Below are positions 12,301-24,002 of a DNA stretch of 64,000 nucleotides, one piece after another. How positions within the stretch are numbered: position 1 is the stretch's first letter; every line of letters begins with the position of its first letter. The position numbers and the translations under genes are program-made. This DNA comes from Lama guanicoe (lineage: Eukaryota): assembly GCA_013239625.1 (NCBI GenBank), contig MU054338.1:5618724-5682723 (forward strand), given 5' to 3'. The notes beneath the pieces were generated by a model. That model was not told the DNA's origin, searched no databases, and saw only the letters and a program-made list of their open reading frames with translations.

Positions 12301-12985
12301 CCTCCACTCACCAGGCCCCCACACGTGCTGATGGCCACGTGGGAGGTGCTGGGCTGGCCCTGCAGGTGGCCGGCATAGAGGCAGTGGGGCCGGGCAGCCC
12401 TCTGCCAGGCCAGGCCCTCTCGAGTCCAGTATTCCACGGAGACGTGCCCTGCCACGAGGCGGGGGTTGCGGGTCAGGTTCAGCAGGAAGTGGGTGCTGGG
12501 GGCGGCCACCTTGTAGAAGAGGCGGGACTCTGTTAGGGGCCCCGTGCCCCGACGCTGCCTCCGGGTGGTTGGGGGCGAGAAGGCCAGCAGAGCCCCGTTG
12601 TGGTCCACTCGGGTGGGGAAGGCGATCTCATAGCTCTCCAGACTGGACAGGAACTCATCTGCGGATGAGGGTCAAAGGCCTGGGGTGGGCCCTGGGAAGG
12701 ATCCCCGGGTCCCGGCTGCTTGGCTGCAGGGCAGGTGATGCTGTCCTCAGGGGCCCCTGAATCCAGGCCACCTGCTACAAGATCCTGGCCTGGCTGCCCC
12801 AGGGCCCCCCCTACCATGACTGCCATCCCAGCCCTAGTGACCCCTCTGCCTCCCCTTCCTTGCTCCATCACCAACACCAGCCTTGAATCACCCCTACCTT
12901 GAGACCGGAAGGCATGCGTGACCTCGAACGCGAGGCCCAGCCCCAGGGCGAGGGCCCAGCGGAGGATTTGGCAGGCGGGAGCCAT
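258..12985 (-). CDS. ADAMTS10: ADAM metallopeptidase with thrombospondin type 1 motif 10; multi-exon CDS, 3'-partial (continues left of window)
   Basis: 20 exons with canonical GT/AG sum to 2660 nt in frame. N-term [28 protein letters not shown] prodomain junction, zinc motif HEIGHTFGMNHD, Met-turn LMAAH, TSP1 [17 protein letters not shown], spacer. Confidence 0.99.
484..610 (-). CDS. ADAMTS10: ADAMTS10 coding exon 19 (spacer end, TSP1-2 start)
   Basis: [42 protein letters not shown]; 127 nt. Confidence 0.96.
706..869 (-). CDS. ADAMTS10: ADAMTS10 coding exon 18 (spacer)
   Basis: [54 protein letters not shown]; 164 nt. Confidence 0.96.
955..1035 (-). CDS. ADAMTS10: ADAMTS10 coding exon 17 (spacer)
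   Basis: [26 protein letters not shown]; 81 nt. Confidence 0.96.
2028..2151 (-). CDS. ADAMTS10: ADAMTS10 coding exon 16
   Basis: [34 protein letters not shown]; 124 nt. Confidence 0.97.
2228..2361 (-). CDS. ADAMTS10: ADAMTS10 coding exon 15
   Basis: [44 protein letters not shown]; 134 nt. Confidence 0.97.
2648..2750 (-). CDS. ADAMTS10: ADAMTS10 coding exon 14 (Cys-rich)
   Basis: [34 protein letters not shown]; 103 nt. Confidence 0.97.
3458..3521 (-). CDS. ADAMTS10: ADAMTS10 coding exon 13
   Basis: [21 protein letters not shown]; 64 nt. Confidence 0.97.
3611..3756 (-). CDS. ADAMTS10: ADAMTS10 coding exon 12 (TSP1)
   Basis: [11 protein letters not shown]...[31 protein letters not shown]; 146 nt. 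Confidence 0.97.
4129..4236 (-). CDS. ADAMTS10: ADAMTS10 coding exon 11 (disintegrin-like)
   Basis: [36 protein letters not shown]; 108 nt. Confidence 0.97.
7079..7220 (-). CDS. ADAMTS10: ADAMTS10 coding exon 10
   Basis: [11 protein letters not shown]...[25 protein letters not shown]; 142 nt. Confidence 0.97.
7428..7574 (-). CDS. ADAMTS10: ADAMTS10 coding exon 9 (third His, Met-turn)
   Basis: [13 protein letters not shown]...KLMAAH...[13 protein letters not shown]; 147 nt. Confidence 0.97.
7660..7765 (-). CDS. ADAMTS10: ADAMTS10 coding exon 8 (HEIGH zinc motif)
   Basis: [35 protein letters not shown]; 106 nt. Confidence 0.97.
7920..7963 (-). CDS. ADAMTS10: ADAMTS10 coding exon 7
   Basis: [15 protein letters not shown]; 44 nt; ccacag| and |GTACCT. 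Confidence 0.96.
8364..8509 (-). CDS. ADAMTS10: ADAMTS10 coding exon 6
   Basis: [20 protein letters not shown]...HDTAVLITR; 146 nt. Confidence 0.97.
8603..8686 (-). CDS. ADAMTS10: ADAMTS10 coding exon 5
   Basis: [28 protein letters not shown]; 84 nt. Confidence 0.97.
9430..9960. mobile_element. MIR fragments (representative; many more, e.g. ~1.2, 4.5, 5.9, 8.8, 17.6, 21.7, 41.1, 44.5, 61.4 kb)
   Basis: MIR core cccattttacaga..gaaactgaggctcagagagg. Confidence 0.7.
10135..10352 (-). CDS. ADAMTS10: ADAMTS10 coding exon 4 (prodomain end, start of catalytic domain)
   Basis: ...[41 protein letters not shown]; 218 nt; |GTAAGT. Confidence 0.97.
11351..11507 (-). CDS. ADAMTS10: ADAMTS10 coding exon 3 (prodomain)
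   Basis: [16 protein letters not shown]...DTACGVR; 157 nt; canonical splice sites. Confidence 0.97.
11845..12246 (-). mobile_element. L1 3' end fragment (artiodactyl type)
   Basis: attgaagtatagtcgatttacaatgttgtgttagtttcaggtgtac...ttccctgtgctgtacagtagg. Confidence 0.85.
12312..12658 (-). CDS. ADAMTS10: ADAMTS10 coding exon 2 (prodomain)
   Basis: [22 protein letters not shown]...RRQRR...STCGGL; 347 nt; ccgcag| and |GTGAGT. Confidence 0.97.
12898..12985 (-). CDS. ADAMTS10: ADAMTS10 first coding exon (signal peptide); whole exon 12898-13084 including 99 nt 5'UTR
   Basis: ATG at 12985, [29 protein letters not shown]; donor CAAG|GTAGGG; acceptor tcccag| at 13085. Confidence 0.96.
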
Positions 12986-13563
12986 AGAGGCCACGTGTCC
13001 ACATGTCTCTCCCCAGCCCCGGCTGCCGGCAGCCCCCACAGCGCCGCCTTCCCTGTTCACAGCCTGCGCAGCATCACTGGGCTCCTGGGAGGGGGAAGCT
13101 GGGTCAGGGGGCTCTGGTCCTGCTGCCCAGCAGAGCCAGTGCCAAGGCCCCTTGCCAGGTGGACAAGGGCGCCTGCAGCCAGCACTGGGGATGCTCAGCA
13201 CATCTCCCCCGGTTTGAAGACTCTGAACACACCTCTTTACCTATTGCCTACCTGTCTGACGCGACCCCCCAACCCCTGCATCCTCCTCCCTACGTTCTTA
13301 GGAACTTGACTCCACAAGCACCTACTATGTGACAGCTAATGGCCAAACATCTTCACACTATTTCAGTTCATTTCATTTCCACAGCAGCCCTGAGGATTCC
13401 TTCATAGGGTAATGACTGTGTATAGAATACAGTCCCTGTGCTCCCCACCCCCGTGGGGTAGTCTCCCGAGAGTGGCAGACGACAGACATGAAAAGAGACA
13501 AACGAACGTGAGAAACTCAGATTGTGACAAGTTTTTTTTTTTTTATAAGAAATAACAGGGAGG

Positions 13564-13667
13564 GAGTGGGATATAGCTCAGTGGTAGAGCTTGTGCTTAG
13601 CCTGTGCAAGGTCCTGGGTTCAATCCCCGGTACCTCCATTAAACAAAACAAAACAACAACAAACAAA
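13564..13667 (+). mobile_element. tRNA-derived SINE (camelid vic-1-like)
   Basis: A-box TAGCTCAGTGG, B-box GGTTCAATCC, A-rich tail, TSD aacagggagg (13554-13563 / 13668-13677). Confidence 0.85.
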
Positions 13668-14488
13668 AACAGGGAGGCACCAAATCAGAGGTGGGAAGGA
13701 CATAAGGGAAGAAACCCATCATGTGAAGAGACAGGAGATGGTGCTCCAGGCAGAGGAACGGCAGGGGCAAAGGCCCGGAGGCAGAGGGAGAGGCTTGGTG
13801 AGGACCTAGGACCCCGAGGACCAGAGCAGGAGGGCAGCTAGGGGAGGCTGGCATGGGACACACTTGAAGGTGGTCAGCACGAATTTTCAACCCGGGTTAA
13901 ACCTGAGGCCAGTGCTTAGCCTTCCCCCAACCCCAGCCATCCCTCACCTGGACCCTACCCTACCCCTGTCCAAGTAGGACCACTCACCCCGCCAGCGGGG
14001 CTGTGAACCCCTACTTCGCAGTCTCTGTTCCTGTGACCTCTCCTCCACCCTCCACTGCCAGTCCTGCTTTCTCTCATTTCAGAGTCTTCCTTGAAGCTCC
14101 AGGCCTGCCCAGCAGGTCTAAGTTTCTCCAGCATCTGCCCCAGGCCAGCCTGCTGCAGACACCACCCCTGGGCCACCACCCAGTGCCAAACCCTCCTCCT
14201 CCCTCCCGTCTCTACCCTCCTCCTCTGTGCAATTTCCCCCTTAATCACACAGCGTCTTGTTTTCTTTGCAGCCTGGCCAAGTCTGAGAGTTGATCCCCAA
14301 ACAGGGCAGTTCGGCAACTGAGGGATGGAGCCAGGTTTCTCCAAGACTTAGAAGCTGACATCCCCTGCTTGTAATTGGACCCCTCCAATGATGGGGAGCT
14401 CACTCCCACTCTGGGACCCTGCTGCTCCTTTCAGCTGGGCCGATGTTTATCCTTTGGGTTTCTCTCTCTCTGTCTCTTTTATTTTTAC

Positions 14489-14570
14489 CTTTTGGGGGCG
14501 TCGATCGGTGGTGCAGTGTCGAACCCGTGTGCGTGGGCCTCTCTGGGCCTCAGTGCCTCTTCTTTGGAGC
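14489..14570 (-). other. ADAMTS10: ADAMTS10 5'UTR non-coding exon
   Basis: Acceptor ccctgtccag| and donor CCCCAAAAG|gtaaaa; 82 nt; resembles my recollection of the mammalian ADAMTS10 5'UTR. Confidence 0.7.
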
Positions 14571-15949
14571 CTGGACAGGGCGGGAGAGTGCAGTGAGGAG
14601 GAGCTGGCTGGGTCTGGAGTTGAGGGGTCACTGAGGACCCCCTGCCCTTCTCCCTGGCCCTGGGGAAACCTCCTCTTGGCTTTCATCCTCCCTCTGTTTC
14701 CCCACCCCACAAAGCTCCCTCCTCTTGACCTCTGTCTCTTGGCCCTCCTCCCTATCCCATCCTTGACTAGCTCAAGGATCAAAGCCCTTCCTGTGTGGGG
14801 TCCCTCAAGCCCCCTCCTGCCTTAACCCCCACCCCCCATGCCCAGGCAGCAGCATTCTCCTCGCCAGTGAGGCTGGAGCTCCCTGTCCCCTTCACTACAC
14901 TGCCAAGCTGCCTCCTGCAGTGGCTCCCAGTGGCTCCGTGGCCCTGGTCCTGGCCTCTCCTCCCACGCCCCTCTCTCCAACATCCTCAGGCCCCTCCTCC
15001 CAACAACCTTCCATTCCCTCCGTGCTGGCAGATATGGGGCAGAGGGGAAGGGGAAACAGGGCAGCAGGACCCAGCATAGGTGGGAGGGGCCGGGGGAGGG
15101 GAGTCACCAAAGTGAAGGATGGGAGGGGAGGAGTCCGGAGGAGGAGGGCACAAGGGGTCTGGCAGGGTGAGGCCAGGAAGAGTCTCTGGAACTGTGGTCC
15201 AGCTCCTGGGGTGGCTGGGAGGTGTGACCTGCCCAGGGCACTAGGGGGACCACGAGCCAATTGGTGGCTCTGGGGGAAAGTGGGGGCTTGGGGGCAGGTA
15301 GGGGATCCCAGGGTCTGAGCCTGGCTGGGGTTCACAGGATGTCAGCAGGGGACCTACACTGTGATGTGCAGTGGGTGACTCCATGTGCATGACTGTGGAT
15401 GGCTATATAACTGGGTATATATAACTCTGTGTACAGTGTGTGACTGTGTGTCTGCCCATGTGACCCTGCGTGTGGCTGTGTGTGTGTGTGTACCCAGGCC
15501 TGGCCGTTCCCCCTAGCGCCTCCTCCCAGAAGGCAGGAGGGAGGTGGCCCAGCATGGGGGAGGGTGCCAGCCTGCTGGAGGCTGGAGGAGGAAATGCCGG
15601 CGGAAACGGCCTCTGGAAACGAAGGCTCCATCCCATCCCAGGGATCCTGGAGGGACCCGCTGCTCTACACCCAGACTTCCAGGGCCCGGCTTCGGGGACA
15701 GGGCTGCGGAGCCTCCCTGCAGAGGTCAAGGCCGAGGCTGCCCAGGCAGAGGCCCCACCAGCCTGGGCCTCCGGCCTCCTCCAGGCACTGCACATCTGGT
15801 GGGGCAGGCAGGAGGCAGCCGCTGCCCGAAGGGCAGGAGCGCAGACAAAGGCTCGGCCGGCGGCGGGAGGAGGAAGGGGCAGACACTCGGCGGTTCCCCT
15901 ACACAACCCGGCCGCTAATTAAAGGCCCTGAGCCGCAGGGCTGGAGACA

Positions 15950-16640
15950 CCCTGAGACAGACAGCTGTGGCCTCGGTGACCAACTCAGGGGAAGTGGGCG
16001 GCGCCACTCCCACACCCAGACACACAAACACACACTGGCAGCGATGTACACTCACACTTGAGGGTGACCACAGCTGCGCAGTTGGGGACCAACAGTCAGG
16101 CACCGCAGGCCCACAAAGCACCTCCCTCACAGTCAGTACACGCTCACACACCCAGAGACAAACACCCGAGACACACAACTACACTTACACACTCACTGAC
16201 ACACACGCACAACCCAGAGACAGACACACACACACCCGGGCCTACATGCACAGACACGTACACACTCCTTTCCACACACACCAGACCATGAACAAACTTG
16301 CCAAGGTCCTACAAACCTTGAGAACCAGCAGATGCACGTACACACAGGAATGTGCACACTAGTTACCCTCAGACACACGGAGACAAACAGGCAGATGTCT
16401 GGAGTTACACACTCATCTAGACATTCGCACAGAGCAGACACTTAACTCCGTGCCCACATTGGTTTACCCTGGCACTTCCGCAGACACACAACACCCCCGT
16501 GTCATCACATACAGATTCAAACAGTCAGACACTCACATTTTCAGAGAGACACAGGCGCAGACACACAGCCTTTATACAGACGTGGATGTCCACACACACA
16601 CACACGCACGGAGCAAACCAACTCAGACAGGCGCTCCAGG
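15950..16640 (+). repeat. Degenerate CA-rich low-complexity tract in ADAMTS10 intron 1
   Basis: Numerous acac/agacac runs. Confidence 0.75.
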
Positions 16641-17560
16641 GACTCAGGGGCGCGCTGCGTGTCGCACACGCTTAGGGACACACGCATCGGCACCACCGTC
16701 CGGCGGCCCGCGGCCATCGCCGTCCGACGCGGACACACACAGTCATCCGGAGGCCCGCACCCCCGCCCCCGGCCCCGGCCGCCGCCCGCCGCCCGCGCCC
16801 GCCCCGCGCCGTTACCCGCGGCCGNNNNNNNNNNNNNNNNNNNNNNNNNNNNNNNNNNNNNNNNNNNNNNNNNNNNNNNNNNNNNNNNNNNNNNNNNNNN
16901 NNNNNNNNNNNNNNNNNNNNNNNNNNNNNNNNNNNNNNNNNNNNNNNNNNNNNNNNNNNNNNNNNNNNNNNNNNNNNNNNNNNNNNNNNNNNNNNNNNNN
17001 NNNNNNNNNNNNNNNNNNNNNNNNNNNNNNNNNNNNNNNNNNNNNNNNNNNNNNNNNNNNNNNNNNNNNNNNNNNNNNNNNNNNNNNNNNNNNNNNNNNN
17101 NNNNNNNNNNNNNNNNNNNNNNNNNNNNNNNNNNNNNNNNNNNNNNNNNNNNNNNNNNNNNNNNNNNNNNNNNNNNNNNNNNNNNNNNNNNNNNNNNNNN
17201 NNNNNNNNNNNNNNNNNNNNNNNNNNNNNNNNNNNNNNNNNNNNNNNNNNNNNNNNNNNNNNNNGGCTGATTTGAAAGAGGCGGGGCTGAGGGCGACGAG
17301 GAGGTTGTCAGGTGGGGGGTGAGAGGAAGGAATGGGGCCGCGGTGGGGGGTGGTGAGAGATGGTGGAACAGAATGGGGGAAGGGAGGGCCCACTCCCTCG
17401 CCAGCATCCACAGCGTCGACAACAGCTGTTATTTATTGAGGGCTAGTCTTCGCTTGAACAAGCATTTATTAGGCGCCCCCCGTGTGCCCGGCGCGGTGCC
17501 CGGGGCTGCTGAATAAATCCCAACCCGCCCCCGCCCTCCCAGCGCTCCCTTCTGGGAGTT
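16640..17560 (-). promoter_or_regulatory. ADAMTS10: ADAMTS10 CpG-island promoter and exon 1 (donor GCGG|GTAACG at 16815; exon 1 extends into the gap)
   Basis: Very high CpG density flanking the gap, GC boxes, canonical minus-strand donor. Confidence 0.75.
16825..17264. other. Assembly gap (440 N)
   Basis: Run of n directly visible. Confidence 1.
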
Positions 17561-19603
17561 TGACCAGTCCCTGGGCCTGGGTGTGACCTGGCTGATCCCA
17601 TTTCGCTGAAGAGGAAACTGAGGCCAGAGAGGAGATTGAAAGCTCAATGGGGAGGGGGGCGTGCTGTGGGTTTTTGTCACCCCTGGGCCATGGCTCCATA
17701 GATGTGATGAATACTGGTGACCTGGACAGTCAGGAAGGGATGGGTTCGAACCCCAGGTGGCGGGATGCTTCACAGGCCTCTGGGTGCCCGTCCAGGGGTC
17801 AGCAGCCTGGGAGGGGCAGGAAGATGACCCTCAGACCTCACAATTCCAGGCATTTTCCTGGCCTGGCCCCCAGGGAGCTAGGCAGAGGCTGTCCTGGCCT
17901 TGCCCTTGGCCTTCTCAGCTTCCTCATCCCTTGGTGGGGGGTAGGAACCTTTACAGGGCAGTGGTAAAGGAGGGGTTCACTCAACAAGAAACATTTGTTT
18001 TCTTTGCCTTGAACTTGGAATGAAGCCTCTGGGCTCTGGCATACAATGGGTGCTTCATAAATACCAGGGTCCTCGTGGAGCTCCCACTGGGTTGCAGTTC
18101 CACCTCCACCCCGTCCTCATCCCAGGCCAGACCAGAGGGGCAGCCATCCTCTGGTTTGCTATCCATTCCCGCCAGGGAAGAACAAATCTAAGTAAGCACT
18201 CGCTGCCTGTGGTCCCTCTGTTCCCTGCGTGGTCTGGTTGGGAGCCTGCCCTGTGCTGCCTTCTGTTTACCTCTTTTCCAATCCCAGGGGTGAAAGGGGT
18301 GGCTTGCCCTAATGCTAAAAGCTCTCCTTTCAACCCAGTGGCTGGTCCCACCACTGGTCCTTAGTCTGGTGTTGAGGGGCCACCAGACAGCACTGAGAAT
18401 TTCAGGGCTGCTTTGAACCAGGAGCTGCCAGGCTCCACCACTTGCTGTAAAACCTCTTATTATTTGGGAAACTGGTTCTCTGCGTCCATTCCCCCTTCCC
18501 AGCATGCCACAGTCCTAGATGTCCGTTGGGAGCTCTGTCTCTGCGCTAGGTGTGGTCTGGGTAGGGCATGTGACTTGGCCTCAAGCCACACCCACATCCC
18601 ATCTCCTGGCCTCGTGGACTGATTGGAGGATGGACACGTCACCAACCCTCAGTCAGTGAGCTGTGTCAGGGCTTTTGCAGGGAATCCTGGGAAACAGACT
18701 TTTGGGTCTTGAGTAGCATTTGAAGCTGAATCATCATCTTCGATAACAGAGAGAGACCTCTTATAAGAATGAAGCTACCAGGTGGAGGAGGGTAATGGCC
18801 CCACGCCATCATTTCAACCCTGAGCAAGCTATTCCTGAAGCCCGTGGCTGGGCTTTCATTCATGCAATCTTTATTAAGCACTATTTTGTGCAGAGTGCTG
18901 GTCTGGGCACTGGGGACACAACCAGGAACAATAACAATGTCCATCCCCTGGAAGTCACTGGGCTGCCTCAGGGCCTTTGCACTTGCTGTTCCTTATGCCT
19001 GGAAAGCTCTTCCTCCTGCTAGTCCCATGGCCAACTGCATCTTGGTCTTAAAGTCTGGTCTCAAACATTACCCCCTAAGTGAGGCCTGCCTAGCCCCCCC
19101 TCCCCCCCGCCACTTCAAGGTTACACTCCCACACACCTCTCCCGTTTCCTGACGTATTTTACTCTTGGCAAGAGTCACCGCATGATTACATACTCTGTGG
19201 AGTACTTATATTTGCTGATTCTCTGTCTCCCGCACCAGAATGACAGCTTTGAGGGAAAGGTCTTCATTTGTGTGGCCCACAGCACTATCCCAAGTGCCTA
19301 GAACAGGGTCTGTCACACAGTTGTGCTCAATATTGAATAAATAGGGACCCGCCAAAGGATCCCTGTGGAGGTGGCATTGACATTTGGTTTGAATGTTAAG
19401 GAGGAAGGGTGGGGGAGTGAGGGCATTCTAGGAGGAGTACACAGCAAGTTCAAAGCCTGTTATGGCCAGTACATTATCTTTTGACTTAAACCAGCTTGGA
19501 CTGATTTAAAAGAGGGGTTTTTTTGTTTTTTGTTTTTTGTTTTTTGTTTTTAATTTGTAACCTTTGGAATCCAGAGTGACGTAATGAGTTGTGCCTGGAG
19601 GGG

Positions 19604-19637
19604 TGCAGTACCCCAGCACTGCCACGGGAGGGCGCAA
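19604..19637 (+). promoter_or_regulatory. Candidate CTCF site with upstream motif
   Basis: TGCAGTACCC-cagcac-TGCCACGGGAGGGCGCAA. Confidence 0.55.
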
Positions 19638-20344
19638 TGGAATCTCATTGTTGCCCTTGGACTGTAGGAACTGGGAAAAGAGATGATGATAATGATGATG
19701 AAGACGATGATGCAGCACCTGCTTTGAGGCCTGTTCTAACTTCACAGCAGCTCTATGAAGTGGGGACCATTATCGTGTCTATTTCCCATGTGAGAAAACA
19801 GGCCGTGTAACTTGCTCAAGATTGCTCAGCTAGGAATGGTGGAACCAGAATAGAACAACCAAGATAAAAGTCACCAGTTATCTGAACACTCAGGGGGAAA
19901 GCAGGTGAGATTTGAGGCAGAAGACCTCCCAGAGTGGGAGGGAACCCCCCAAAGGGTGCGGGGATCATTGTGCCAAGTGACCCCTTTCTCAGGGGCTGGA
20001 GCCCCCAACTCTAGCCCCCCCGCCAGATGTTTTTCCCAGCCATGGGGTTGTTATTCCCTTAAATGTTGAGACAAATCTCACCTGCTTAAGGTTAGGTGAG
20101 ACTGACAAAAAAGCCCTTCTCTCCTAGTTGGGGATCAGGGAGGGCTTCCTGGAGGAAGCCACACTTACTAGGGGATCCATAGGATGAGTATGAGTTGGGC
20201 CGTTGAAGAGGTGAGGAAGAGAGTTTCAGGCTGAGGACACAGCAGAGACAAAGACCTGGAGATTGGAGAGGGGAGACCATTTGGTCAGTTTCCTCTGGGA
20301 TCCCTCCTGCGTCTAGAGCAAGTATTTATTCTGACTCCTCCTTG

Positions 20345-20725
20345 CAAGTCAGATAGAGAAAGACAGATACTGCATGATCTCACTTCTATATGGACCTGAA
20401 GTAGAATGGTGGTTGCCAAGGGCTGGGGGAAAGATGGTGATGTTGTTCAAAGGGGACAAACTTCCCAGTTAAAAGATGAATACGTTCTGGGAATCTAACA
20501 ACGTACAGCATGGTGAGAATAGTTAACAATACTGTATTGTGTTCTTGAAAGTTGCTAAGAAGGAGTAGATCTTCAGTGTTCTCAAGAAAGAAATGGTAAT
20601 TATGTGATGTGAAGGAGGAAGTGTTAACTAATGATGCATAATTGTATCACGTTATTACAGTTGTATGCCTAAAACATACACAATGTGATATGTCAGTTAT
20701 ATCTCAATAGAGCTGGGGGGAAAAC
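20345..20725 (+). mobile_element. Older L1 (L1MA/MB-type) 3' fragment
   Basis: agagaaagacagatactgcatgatctcact...tatctcaata. Confidence 0.7.
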
Positions 20726-21999
20726 CTAGCAACCCAACACCCCCAAAGTCTGCCAGACAAATGCAACCCAATCCTCCCTCCTTCCCCCTCAGTTTCCAAT
20801 GAACTCTGGAAGTTATAGGCCCTCCTGTTGGGAATATCACTCCTGATCTCAGAGAGATACTCCGAGGGCTGGCCTCAGTTTCCCCTCTGCTGCTGAAACA
20901 GACAAGTCTCAGCTTTCCCCCTTTGCCACCCCCAGAGCCTGTGGCCGCCAGTTTTCCCCGAGCCCAGCATTTTGGGACTTTGACCTAAAATTCAAATGTG
21001 GCTGCCTTTCTTATCCTGCCGTGTCTGGACCTCCATGCTACCCCTGGCTCATCCAGATGAGTGGCTGTCCTCCTGCCTCCTGCTTCTCCTGCCACCATGG
21101 CCAGCCCCAGAGGCTGCATCCTTGGCCCCAGGAGCAGAGAAACCTCTACAGAAAGTATGTGTATGCACTGGTCCTGAGACCCTGGGAAGGCAAGGATGGT
21201 TCAACAGGGCTGTGATTTGGGAAAACAAAATACTGATGATCCCCAGGAGGGGCCTGTGGTAGGGGGGGCTCTGGAGGTGGAGGGAGGACCCTCCCAAATC
21301 CTGCTTAACTGCCTTGTGTTCCTGGTAAGTTGTTTGACCTCTCTGAGCCTAGTTTGTGCATCTGTTAAGTGCAAATGCAAATATTGACACTTAATAGGTG
21401 CTCAGCTCCTGGCTGTTGGATGAGAGGCTGAGAAAGATGTCTCTGACAACTCAAGACCAGCTTTGTTACTCTCTTCATGGCCAGGGCATGGAGCACACAG
21501 TAAGTGCCTAATAAAACCTTGCTGAGCCATTAGGCTCTGAGACTCCTGGGATGGAGGGTCCTTAGGTGCCACCTGTATATCTAGAGCTTTTACCCTTTTC
21601 TTACCTATCTCCCAGCGTCACCCCTGCAACCCTGGCAGCACCACTGTGCAATCAGGCAAACACGATGCTTAGAAAGTGGAGACTCTGGAGCTGGGCAATC
21701 GGGATTAATATCCTAGCTCTACCACTTGACCACTGTGTGACCTTGGGCAAGTCATGCCACCTCCCTGTGCTTGTAATTCTGCATTTACAAGTGGGTTTAA
21801 TCACAAGGTCCTTGCGAGGATTAAGTGAAGGAATAGACCTAGGGTGCCTGGCATATAGTAGGTGCTACAGAGCCATGTTGTCATAACACTGATTATTATT
21901 ACTAATTCAATGTTTCAGGCTCAGATTATTCTGAGGCTGCAGCAGCCTGACGTCTCCAAGCTGATGACTTCCAGTTGCATCCTAAAGTGTAGGCTTAAG

Positions 22000-22315
22000 G
22001 CAGGGGTCCTCAAGCAGGGGCAGTTCTGCTTCCCAGGTGACCTCTGGGGATATTTTTATTGTCACACCTGGGGGAGGTGCTGCTGGCATCTAGCCTTTCT
22101 CACCCTTAGCACTACTGACATTTTGAACTGGAGAGTTCTTGGTTGGTGAGGGCAGGGGGGGTGTCATATGCATCATAGGATATTTGACGGCATCTCTGGC
22201 CTCTGCCCACCAGATGCCGGTAGCACCCCCAATTCTGACAACCAAAATCATCTCCAGACACTGCCCAGTGTCCCCTGGGGTGGGAGGTAAAGTTGGATGG
22301 GTGAGAACCACTGGT
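22000..22315. mobile_element. MER20-like hAT DNA transposon fragments (two, opposite orientation)
   Basis: gtcacacctggggg...tgctggcatctag and ccagatgcc...gacaaccaaaa..ctccagaca...gagaaccactg. Confidence 0.65.
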
Positions 22316-22429
22316 CCAAGCCTGAGCTGGCTTCTATCCACACTGCATCCACGGGGAGCCGTGTCTCTCCCAGCCTGGGGTTGTTAATTCTTTTGGTATC
22401 CTGACTTTAGACATACAAAAACCTTTTTC

Positions 22430-22470
22430 TTTCCCTTCCTTCCTTCCTTCCTTCCTTCCTTCCTTCCTTT
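22430..22470 (+). repeat. (CCTT)n microsatellite
   Basis: Visible tandem. Confidence 0.9.
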
Positions 22471-22899
22471 CTTTCTTATCTTTCACTGAGACAGCTTCTC
22501 TCTAAGACAGTGGAAGCTGACACATTGGCTGTTGCTTGAATGAAAGAAGAGGCTTGATAATTCGAAACACCTCGTCATCAGCCAAGCATCAATGCACATT
22601 TTAAATCCTGCCCCACGGGCTCTCCCAGCACCAGCCATTGGCAAGTGGGGACCTGGAGACTCAGGCTAGTATATTGCTAGAATTCACACGTAGCATGTAA
22701 CAGTGTGACCTGAGTGGCTCAGCTGGCCTTCCAGCTTGAGCTGGACAGACCCCTCCCAGAACCAAGTACTTGACTATCCCCTGGCCTGTGTGTCCCCCAT
22801 CCAGCCAAGCTGTCCACCTGCCACCTCCTTTTCTCCTTGAAAACCCCATGGCTTGGCCATTGCCAGGAGTTTGGTCTCCTCCAAGCCTGAATTAGAAGC

Positions 22900-23335
22900 C
22901 ACAGCGTTTTCATCCACTGATCAGTACATAACCTTGCGTGATGTGTGTTTCCGTTGAAAGACCCTTCATTCATGTGCACTGTGGATTCACTCCTCATTGA
23001 ACTTTCGGCTGGCAGCTCTGTGACTCCCATCTAAACTAAGCTCACCTAACACGTGTTTTCTCCCACTGTCCCATCCTTGACTTAGGAGCGCCAGGTGACT
23101 TCAGCGCTACACTCGGGGGTCCTTTTCAACAGCAAAATCGCCAACCAGAAGCACAAAAGCATGAAAAGTGTGGCAATACAGACCTCAAAAGGGACCCTGG
23201 TTCACGGTGCAGGATCTGGAAGAAAGAGACAGAGGGTTGCCTGTCTTTGACCTTCACTGGGACCATGCACCCTTGGGTGCCACAATTCCGTCCATGCGTG
23301 TCCGAGAGAGAGTCCCACTGGTGATGACGCAGGGG
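22900..23335 (-). mobile_element. Tigger4/MER46-like TcMar DNA transposon fragment
   Basis: Reverse strand tttgtgcttctggttggcgattttgctgtt...gaaacacacat..caaggttatgtactgatcagtggatgaaaa resembles recalled Tigger4 (Zombi). Confidence 0.6.
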
Positions 23336-23479
23336 TTACATGTACGTTTTAGTGAGGAGGTGAATTCGTAGTTACGCGATCGTGGGTGGTGAGGACTGAT
23401 GGTGTGCTATTTCAGGTGGACACGAGTGCTGAGAAGAAACGGAAGTGCTGGGTTGAGGAATGAAGAGACAAGGTGGGGA

Positions 23480-24002
23480 TATGTTAGTTTCCTGGGGTGG
23501 CCCTAGCTAAAGGAAATTTATTTTCTCACAGCTCAGGGGGCCAGAAGTCCAAAGTCGCAGTGTCAGCAGGGCGATGCTCTTCCTGAAGGGTCCAGGGAAA
23601 AACGCTTCCCTTGCCTCTCCCTAGCTTCTGGGGTTGCCTGCAATCCTGCCAGTTCCTTGGTTTATAGATACATTGCTCCAATCGCTGCCTCCATCATCAC
23701 GTGGCCTTCTTCCTTGTGTGTCTGTATCCAATTTCCTTCTTTTTATGAGGATGCTGGCCATATTGGATTTAGCGCCCCGTATGGCCTCATGTTAACTTTT
23801 TTTAAAAAATGGAGATACTGAGGATTGAACCCAAGACCTTGTGCATGCTAAGCACATGCTCTGCCACTGAGCTATACACACCCTCCGCCTGTCCCCATGT
23901 TAACTTGATGACATCTGTAAAGACTTTATTTCCAAACAAAGTCACATTCACAGGTTCTGGGTGGATGTGAATTCTGGGGGGACCCTGTACAACCCAGTCC
24001 AG
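23480..24002 (-). mobile_element. MLT1 (MaLR) solo LTR
   Basis: aaatttattttctcacag...ccagaagtccaaa...ttggatttag...tttccaaacaaagtcacattcacagg. Confidence 0.8.
23799..23895 (-). mobile_element. tRNA-derived SINE (vic-1-like) nested in a MaLR LTR
   Basis: Reverse A/B boxes; 11-bp TSD catgttaactt (23788-23798 / 23896-23906). Confidence 0.85.

Noticed and set aside
13564..13640. tRNA gene
   Set aside because: A/B boxes belong to a SINE with A-tail and TSD; multiple diverged copies in the window
16450..17422. Long ORFs of 199-293 aa
   Set aside because: Artefacts of translating through the N gap
19576..19585. E4BP4/D-box-like GTGACGTAAT (also ATTATGTAAC at 26356) as NFILZ autoregulatory sites
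   Set aside because: A couple of matches to this degenerate 10-mer are expected by chance in 64 kb; one lies within an L1
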